Below, in pieces: positions 57,416 to 64,000 of a stretch of DNA of 64,000 nt. Both the position numbers and the translations under genes were made by a program. The stretch comes from an uncultured Bacteroidota bacterium (GTDB lineage: Bacteria > Bacteroidota > Ignavibacteria > UBA10030 > UBA6906): assembly GCA_963700635.1 (NCBI GenBank), contig CAVOYH010000004.1, forward strand, positions 512,001-576,000, written 5' to 3'. Within the stretch, counting starts at the first letter, position 1; each line of letters starts with the position of its first letter. Under the pieces are notes generated by a model. It worked only from the letters and a program-made list of their open reading frames with translations, did no database searches and was not told the DNA's origin.

Positions 57416-58624
57416 ATGGCAACTGTTGATTCGACATCGAGCCCGAACCCCTTCGCTGCGGCCAGCGAGGAGGTCCAGGCTCAAAGAAGCCGGGTGGCTC
57501 AGTTTGCGATGTACAAGGCTGCACAGAAATTGAGTGAAGGGAACGAAGAAGAGGCGATCAAGGAATTTAAGACAGTTCTGGCCTTTGATGCGCAGAATGC
57601 GACCGCCCGCACGTATCTCGGCAGGATATATCAAGGCCAGGGGAAAATGGCGGAGGCGATAGACCAGTTCAAAAAAGTTGTGCAGTTGGACCGCCTCTCC
57701 GTTGAGGCCCGCAATAATCTTGGCAACGCGTACGTGCGGGATAAACAGTATGCCAATGCTCAGGAAGAATTCGAATTTGCCGCAAGATTGGACCCGGCCG
57801 ACCCGGTTGCAGATTATACTCTCGGCATCATGTTTACTGAGACCGATCGGTTCGGCGAGGCTGAGGCCCAGTTCAACAAGGTTGCCAAGATTTCACCCTC
57901 CGATGGCAACGTACCGTATAGTCTCGGCGTCCTGTACAATAAGATGGGGCGGGCGGAAGCGGCGGCGAAACAACTGGAAAGAGCGTTGTCACTAAAAACG
58001 GACTTTCCGGCGGCCAACTATGAACTGGGCGCTGCCTATGTAAAAATGGGTGAAACGGAAAAAGCCAACAAGCAGCTGGACATCCTCTTGACGAAGGACG
58101 CAGGGTATGCAGGCGACCTGCTCTTTTTGCTCGACAAGCCCAGAATATCTTCCATAGACGGGACGAAAAGCCTCAACTTCAACGCCGGACTTGGAGCAGG
58201 GACCCCGGTCTGGATGCTCAATCCGCAAGAGCTCTCATCACCCAATGCCAGTGTACGGGTTGCGGTCGCCATCCAGTTCACCAATGAGATGGATATCGCA
58301 TCGGTCATGAATCCGGCAAACTGGGGAATCTCAAAGGCAAAAGACACGAAAGGTGGCTTCTACAACAACACTCTCCCGATCGGCCCCAATGAAGTCACCA
58401 TCCCGAACCGCCCCTTTTCTGTCACCTATGATCCCCTGACACGTCAGGCAAAAGTATTCTTTATCCTGAGCCAGAACAGCAGTATAGACTTTGGCACCGG
58501 GAATGCCGGCGCCACCATCGACCCCAAACATCTGGTTTTCAAATTCTCCGGCGTAGATGCTGCCGGAAGGCAGATGGACACGAGTGCCGATCAGATCAGC
58601 GGATATTCGATCCGCGGCTTTTGA
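57416..58624 (+). CDS. TPR-repeat protein with a beta-rich C-terminal domain
   Basis: GAGGTGG RBS; about 6 TPRs (EARNNLGNAY, YSLGVLY, ANYELGAAY); IQFTNEMD Ig-like start. Confidence 0.85.
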   Translation: MATVDSTSSPNPFAAASEEVQAQRSRVAQFAMYKAAQKLSEGNEEEAIKEFKTVLAFDAQNATARTYLGRIYQGQGKMAEAIDQFKKVVQLDRLSVEARNNLGNAYVRDKQYANAQEEFEFAARLDPADPVADYTLGIMFTETDRFGEAEAQFNKVAKISPSDGNVPYSLGVLYNKMGRAEAAAKQLERALSLKTDFPAANYELGAAYVKMGETEKANKQLDILLTKDAGYAGDLLFLLDKPRISSIDGTKSLNFNAGLGAGTPVWMLNPQELSSPNASVRVAVAIQFTNEMDIASVMNPANWGISKAKDTKGGFYNNTLPIGPNEVTIPNRPFSVTYDPLTRQAKVFFILSQNSSIDFGTGNAGATIDPKHLVFKFSGVDAAGRQMDTSADQISGYSIRGF

Positions 58625-58652
58625 TTGACAATCACGCATCCCCGCCTTACAT
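58622..58652 (+). promoter_or_regulatory. Palindrome overlapping a sigma70-like -35 upstream of the Fe-S gene
   Basis: TGATTG-A-CAATCA (58622-58634) containing TTGACA; TACATT 16 bp downstream. Confidence 0.45.
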
Positions 58653-58746
58653 TACCCCTCACATCGGGGGAATGAACAACGATACTCTCCAGGGCCTCTT
58701 TGTCCGATGGATGGAGAGGCTTTCTTCTGGTCTTCTCTGAATACCG

Positions 58747-59880
58747 ATGCAGACACCTGAGGAACACATGGCCGACACTGTGTACAGTCTGCTGGCCCGG
58801 CGGCTGGATGCACTTCCGAACCGTTTCCCCTCGACGAAGAGCGGTGTAGAACTACAACTGCTGACAAAGCTCTTCACCGTGAAGGAGGCGGGGCTTGCCT
58901 GCGCGATGGGTCTTGAGCCTGAACCGGTGGCGGACATTGCCAGCCGCGCCGGTGTTGATCCCGGAGATGCCCGCAACGATCTGAAAAGAATGGCAGCAAA
59001 AGGGCTGATTGGTCTCACGAGAGGAGAAGGAGAATTCGCCTTCGCACTCAAACCGTTCGTCGTCGGTTTTTACGAAACCCAGTTGCCGCGAATGGACGAT
59101 GAAATGGCGGCGCTCTTTGACCAGTATCTTCTGGAGACGCAGGGGAGCATCTTGCGGGAAGTTCCAGCGTTTCACCGCGTGATCCCTGTCGGACGGGCGA
59201 TTCCATTTCAGATAGCGATCCATCCGTATGAACAGGCCAGCGCATTGCTGGAAGGTGCCTCGTCGTGGGGGGTGCGTCCGTGCATTTGCCGCGTTCAGCA
59301 GCGACTCGTGGGAAAAGGCTGTAACCCCCCGGAGGAGACCTGCCTGGTGTTTGCGCCGGTTGAGCATGCTTTTGACCGGAGCAAAGTCGACCGCGTCATC
59401 ACGAAAGAGGAAGCCCTGCAAATCCTGCGCGCGACCGAAGAAGCCGGACTGGTTCATACCACCGGCAACTACCGGGACGGTATTGATTACATCTGCAACT
59501 GCTGCACGTGCTGTTGTGGGATCCTTCGCGGTATTGCCGAGTTTGGCATACACACTGCCGTTGCCCGTTCTGATTTTCGCATGGTGGTGGAGGCCGGGAT
59601 GTGTTCGGGCTGCGGGTCCTGTCTCGAGCGGTGCCAGTTCAAGGCCCTTGCAGCGGCTGAAGAGATTGTCGTAGTCGATTACAATAAATGTATGGGTTGC
59701 GGGTTATGTGTAGAGGCCTGTTCCACCGATGCACTCCACCTGGAGCGCCGCCCCCCGGGCGAACTGGGCCAGCCGCCGGCCAACATCAACGAATGGAGGT
59801 CGCAGCGTATGATGTTGCAGAATGGAAAGGGATCTCGTTCAGCTGGTGTTGTGGCCGAGCAAACAAAAGGGAGACAATGA
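58747..59880 (+). CDS. 4Fe-4S dicluster binding protein with N-terminal winged helix
   Basis: [36 protein letters not shown]. Confidence 0.88.
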   Translation: MQTPEEHMADTVYSLLARRLDALPNRFPSTKSGVELQLLTKLFTVKEAGLACAMGLEPEPVADIASRAGVDPGDARNDLKRMAAKGLIGLTRGEGEFAFALKPFVVGFYETQLPRMDDEMAALFDQYLLETQGSILREVPAFHRVIPVGRAIPFQIAIHPYEQASALLEGASSWGVRPCICRVQQRLVGKGCNPPEETCLVFAPVEHAFDRSKVDRVITKEEALQILRATEEAGLVHTTGNYRDGIDYICNCCTCCCGILRGIAEFGIHTAVARSDFRMVVEAGMCSGCGSCLERCQFKALAAAEEIVVVDYNKCMGCGLCVEACSTDALHLERRPPGELGQPPANINEWRSQRMMLQNGKGSRSAGVVAEQTKGRQ

Positions 59881-59956
59881 CCCAAACCAGAAAACGGGTA
59901 CGAAAAGCCACACCTCCATCGTCTGTTCACCGCCCATTCCATGTGGAGCCACAGCA

Positions 59957-60890
59957 TTGAAAAGAAAAAAGAGCATTCTGGCAGAAGGATGGTGGGATTA
60001 TACCACTCTGGATGAGAAGATCCTGCATGATGCCTCACAACTCTCGGAAAAGGATCTCTTCGAGCTCTCCCGTCCCGGATTCCGGGTTGTTCTGTACGAT
60101 ACGATAGAATCGTTCTACATGAATGAGGCTCTGGAATACATCTCGGCCTGGAGGCGGGCAACGTCGTCCCGTCCGGCAGGCATTTGCGGGCCCATTGGTC
60201 CGACCGAACAATTACCTCTGGTCGCTGAACTGGTTAATGGTCTGGATCTCTCGTTGCGGAATTGTCACTTCTGGGGGATGGATGAATGGTTTATGGATGG
60301 GAAAGAAGTACCGGTCACTCATCCACTTTCCTTCGCACGGGCAGATATGGAATTGTGTTTTCATAGAATCAGACCGGATTTGAGGATGCCTGCAGAGAAT
60401 ATCCATTTTCCCACGGCAGACCAGTTACAATCCTATACTGAGAGCTTTGATAACGTTTTGTGCGCCGTCATGCAGGGGGGGCAAGGAGAAGTGAAACATT
60501 GGGCTTTCAACGATCCCTTCAGGCGGGAAGGGAACTATACCGAAGCACCACCATCCCCGGAGGAATACAGGAAACTGTCGGCCCGCAGGGTTGATCTGCA
60601 TCCGATTACTCTCGCACAGAACGCCAGAACGTCAGGCGGAGGATATGTCTCCGGAGTGCCTGGAGCAGGCGCTTACCGTCGGCCCGCTTGAAACGTGGAA
60701 GGCGGAGAAAGTCTCAATCTGGCATGCCGGGAATCATGACAATCCGTTCGGAATGCGACTTTCGGCATTTATGATTGCCAAACGCATCGTCGATACGTCA
60801 GTTCCGATCTCTCTCCTTGCGGATCACCCCAATGTGCAGTTTAACTATTACAGACCAGCCATCCGAAGCGTCGGAACGGAAATGCACTAG
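59957..60890 (+). CDS. Glucosamine-6-phosphate isomerase/deaminase (NagB)-like protein with one frameshift near 60662
   Basis: [37 protein letters not shown]; removing one G joins [10 protein letters not shown] to the stop at 60890. Confidence 0.82.
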
Positions 60891-61691
60891 ATGAACGTCC
60901 ACAACAAACGGACCGTTCTCGCCGTCGGAGCTCATCCGGATGATCTGGAAATATTGTGCGCCGGGACGTTGGCGTTGTTGCATACAAGGGGCTGGAACGT
61001 GGAATGTGCCACGATGACACCGGGAGACTGCGGATCCGCGACTCAAACCAGGGCAGACATTAGTGCCATACGGAAGAAGGAGGCCGCGGCTTCGGCCGCA
61101 CTGTTGAACGGTACCTACCATTGTCTGGAATGCGACGACGTCTTTATCACGTACGACCGTCCCACGTTATTGAAGGTCATCAAACTTCTCAGACAGGTCA
61201 GGCCTGAAATCGTCTTCACGATGAGCCCTGCGGACTATATGGTCGATCATGAAATGACGAGTAGTGTTGTGCGCACCGCGTGTTTTTCAGCCGGTATGAA
61301 CAATATCCATACCGACGGCATCGAACCGATTCCGAATATTCCTCATCTGTATTATCTGGACCCGGTGGAAGGAAAAGACATACTGGGTACTGCCGTCCAA
61401 CCAACAACAATCGTGGATATCAGCAGCACGATAGGGAAGAAAGAGCAGATGTTCCTGTGTCACGAGAGTCAGCGCAGCTGGTTGACGACACATCACCGGA
61501 CTGCCGAACACGTGGCAACCATGAGAACCTTATCAACGATGCGTGGTACAATGGTTGGTGTTCCCTATGCAGAGGGCTTTCGCCAGCATCGCGGGCATGC
61601 ATATCCGCAAGACAATATCCTCGAACAGGAACTGACCGGTCTTGTGCATTGTGTCCCGGATCCTGGGATGACGACCAGGTCGATGGGCTAA
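60891..61691 (+). CDS. PIG-L/LmbE family deacetylase
   Basis: GAHPDDLE, RKKEA, DYMVDH, CHESQ, YAEGF. Confidence 0.92.
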   Translation: MNVHNKRTVLAVGAHPDDLEILCAGTLALLHTRGWNVECATMTPGDCGSATQTRADISAIRKKEAAASAALLNGTYHCLECDDVFITYDRPTLLKVIKLLRQVRPEIVFTMSPADYMVDHEMTSSVVRTACFSAGMNNIHTDGIEPIPNIPHLYYLDPVEGKDILGTAVQPTTIVDISSTIGKKEQMFLCHESQRSWLTTHHRTAEHVATMRTLSTMRGTMVGVPYAEGFRQHRGHAYPQDNILEQELTGLVHCVPDPGMTTRSMG

Positions 61692-61747
61692 AAGCAGACC
61701 GCGGCACACGGTGGAATGGTTCAGCGGGCAGATGTGATGAAGGTGCC

Positions 61748-62473
61748 CTACAATCCAGGGGCGCTTGCCTGGATCACTGTATAGCGAGAACGTAACCGTT
61801 CCTCCACCATCGCGGCGTGGTGGTCATTTAGGCAGTGGAACACCACCTCTGCCGTGCGGTGGTCTCCCCCGCCGAGAAGCCGGACGGATGGCAGATGGCG
61901 ATGGTTTACCCAGGGAGAGAGAAGAATCTCCTTTTGAATTTCTTTCCGCACGCTATCGACGTCTCCCGGGATCCCCTCAAGAGAGACGGTGGTCTGAAAA
62001 CGCGGCAAGGAGTGATCCTGGGCGTTCTCGACGGCCACCTCGCCAACAAGGTTGCTATACGGGACCGAAAGAACTTCTCCGCCGTCGGCCGCAACCTGGA
62101 GCCCCGTGAACCCCGCTTTAAGAACTCTTCCCGTCACCGTGCCCGCCCTGATGCGCCGATTCAACGCGTCAGGATGTTTTGTGGAGAAAATCACGCCTGC
62201 CACAAGATCCCGGAGGATGAACCATGCGAACAGCAGGAGCAGCACTCCGGCCAGTCCTCCGGTCAGTCCTCTATAGAACGGAGCGTCTGCAAACAGCGTC
62301 TTGAGTGTCCAGAAGCTGAACAACACCCAGAGTAATAACAGAAGGCCGGGCCGGATTCTTTCAAGTTTCCGGCGGACGGTATCCGAGAGAGGTATGAGGA
62401 GCGTGATCCGTGCCATGAAAATCTGGGCCAGCACCAGTGCTCCTCCGGCGATCAGAACGGATATCACCTTCAT
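61748..62473 (-). CDS. Short MscS-like mechanosensitive channel domain protein
   Basis: 3 TM, then LRDLVAGVIF...VTGRV...VLSVPYSNL. Confidence 0.72.
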   Translation of the reverse strand: MKVISVLIAGGALVLAQIFMARITLLIPLSDTVRRKLERIRPGLLLLLWVLFSFWTLKTLFADAPFYRGLTGGLAGVLLLLFAWFILRDLVAGVIFSTKHPDALNRRIRAGTVTGRVLKAGFTGLQVAADGGEVLSVPYSNLVGEVAVENAQDHSLPRFQTTVSLEGIPGDVDSVRKEIQKEILLSPWVNHRHLPSVRLLGGGDHRTAEVVFHCLNDHHAAMVEERLRSRYTVIQASAPGL

Positions 62474-64000
62474 AGTATCTGTCTCTCCTCCAGGAGCTTG
62501 AGCACCAGCCGGTCGATGTATGGATTTATGGTATAGACGCCAGCAGATCGTTCGTGGAGCAACCCGACGGTGGTCATCCTGCGGATTGTTCTCTGCACAT
62601 TTTCAGTTTTCATTCCTGTAATCCGCTCTGCCTTGACGATCGTCAGCCGCTTGTGAATCACGAACTGCGCGAGGAAGATGAGCCAGTCAGGGTCCAGGCT
62701 CCCGAGCAGCCGGGTTGACACCACGTCCGGCTTCCGTATCTCCAGAACGCGGTCATTCACGCGGATAATGCACGACAGCCACACATTGAGCGCGGTTCCG
62801 GGGTTGCCCTCGGAGGCCCGGAAGCATGCGTCAAAGAGTCGGGCTGCGAGAAATCCAGACAATTCCTGTTCTGACCGCCGCCCGAGGCGGTACAACATTC
62901 CGCTCGAGGCATGCCGGAGCATGATCATGGTCTTGAGGTCTTCGGCCGACAGGGGGGCGAGGTGGATCACTTCCGTACACACTTCGTGAAGCGGCTCCAG
63001 GTGCCGTATCACCGAAAACGCGGCGGGACTTGTATTCAGCACAATCATCACATCCCTTGAGCACGAATCGATCAGAGAGTGAATCTCGGCAAGCACGTCG
63101 AGTCCGGTGGAACTGCGTTCGAACCAGAGTTCAATATCATGAAGGAAGACGGCACTCCCGTGCGGAAGGGAGCGGAGAATCTCGGACGCATCCCCGGAGA
63201 ATCGCGTAACATGGGCAAGCGTTGCGGCGAACACGGTCCGGTCAACAGATCCCTCCCGCGGTGGGAAGACATGGAATTGGTTCCCCCGCTTGAAGTTCAA
63301 CGCGTCAACCCGCCTGCAGAATGACGTCTTCCCCGCGTTTCTGCTGCCAAGCAGAAGGACCGCGCCCTGGCCCCCGGCCCGAAACCGGCGCACTGCCCGG
63401 GCAAACGCCTCCTCCTCGGTCTTCCGGGGGACCCAGAATTCCTCACCGATGGTAGATTTGCCGCTGAACAGGTTGGCGTAGAACTGGGGCAGACTCTTGA
63501 TGACTTCGGGTTTTGGTGTCACGGAGGCAACGAGGGCCTGTACCTCCGCTGTCGGCGCAGTTGCAGTCCGGCCGGTTTTTCCCGCCATAAGCACACCGAC
63601 GCTTCTGCTGTAGACGACGCGGACCAGATTCTTCTCGAGGAAGTCCCGCCCCAGCGTTATATACCGGTCAAATGACGAAAGCATCCACCGGCCTTTGTAT
63701 CCACGCAGAACATCACGGAGGTCCACCGCACTCTTCACGATCATGTGCGGGGCCAGGGGGGTATAGGACCGTTCCAGAGCCGTTCGGGTTACCGAAGAGA
63801 CTTCCTTTTTGAGTTCACCAAGGTGCTTGTGTTCGAGCTCCAGCCGGGCGAGAGCATTTTTTACGATCGCCGAGAGTGCGGATGCGCGGTCCGCGATATC
63901 ACGGTCAATATTGTCCACCTCGAACTTGGTGAGGTTCACCTGGTCTTTTATCGTATAAGCGCTTTTCCGGAGCTGTTCCCCGGCTTCTGTGAGATATTGC
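62470..64000 (-). CDS. C-terminal part of a large P-loop ATPase protein (starts outside the window)
   Basis: Walker A GSRNAGKT, Walker B-like VFLHDIELW, SEGNPG, C-terminal wHTH; frame open to the window edge. Confidence 0.8.
   Translation of the reverse strand, partial: QYLTEAGEQLRKSAYTIKDQVNLTKFEVDNIDRDIADRASALSAIVKNALARLELEHKHLGELKKEVSSVTRTALERSYTPLAPHMIVKSAVDLRDVLRGYKGRWMLSSFDRYITLGRDFLEKNLVRVVYSRSVGVLMAGKTGRTATAPTAEVQALVASVTPKPEVIKSLPQFYANLFSGKSTIGEEFWVPRKTEEEAFARAVRRFRAGGQGAVLLLGSRNAGKTSFCRRVDALNFKRGNQFHVFPPREGSVDRTVFAATLAHVTRFSGDASEILRSLPHGSAVFLHDIELWFERSSTGLDVLAEIHSLIDSCSRDVMIVLNTSPAAFSVIRHLEPLHEVCTEVIHLAPLSAEDLKTMIMLRHASSGMLYRLGRRSEQELSGFLAARLFDACFRASEGNPGTALNVWLSCIIRVNDRVLEIRKPDVVSTRLLGSLDPDWLIFLAQFVIHKRLTIVKAERITGMKTENVQRTIRRMTTVGLLHERSAGVYTINPYIDRLVLKLLEERQIL

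Overview
This is a gene-dense, GC-rich bacterial window of about 50 CDS. I found no rRNA, tRNA, CRISPR array or transposase. Four proteins end in a type IX secretion (T9SS type-A) C-terminal domain (QN(Y/F)PNPFNP...). Together with E. coli-like sigma70 promoters and Shine-Dalgarno sites, this suggests an Ignavibacteria-like FCB-group organism rather than Bacteroidia (inference). The window is rich in signalling modules: (1) a Rab-like small GTPase operon with a BON/OmpA membrane protein and a PAS protein; (2) a SatD-family cyclase-like/HTH gene followed by two palindromic operator-like repeats and a membrane protein; (3) a cNMP-binding domain fused to a PhcB-like methyltransferase; (4) an operon of an Lcp/MpaB-type heme oxygenase, a PaxB/Pyr4-type membrane terpene cyclase and a giant Ser/Thr kinase-AAA-GAF-PP2C protein; (5) an RsbW-RsbV-ECF sigma-anti-sigma cluster followed by an outer-membrane HEXXH protein, a PrsW protease and a membrane-anchored protein with a hexapeptide tandem repeat. 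In module 5 the same motif, CCGGCCAACTTTC-N12-AGTARTTA, precedes both the sigma gene and the repeat-protein gene, predicting the sigma promoter and a regulon member directly from sequence. Metabolic genes include L-lactate dehydrogenase, tyrosine phenol-lyase, a deoxyhypusine-synthase-like homospermidine synthase with ornithine decarboxylase, and amino-sugar enzymes. About 13 small indels break otherwise intact genes, mostly at 25.5-29 kb, and probably reflect long-read consensus errors. All family assignments are from motif recognition by eye; no searches were run.
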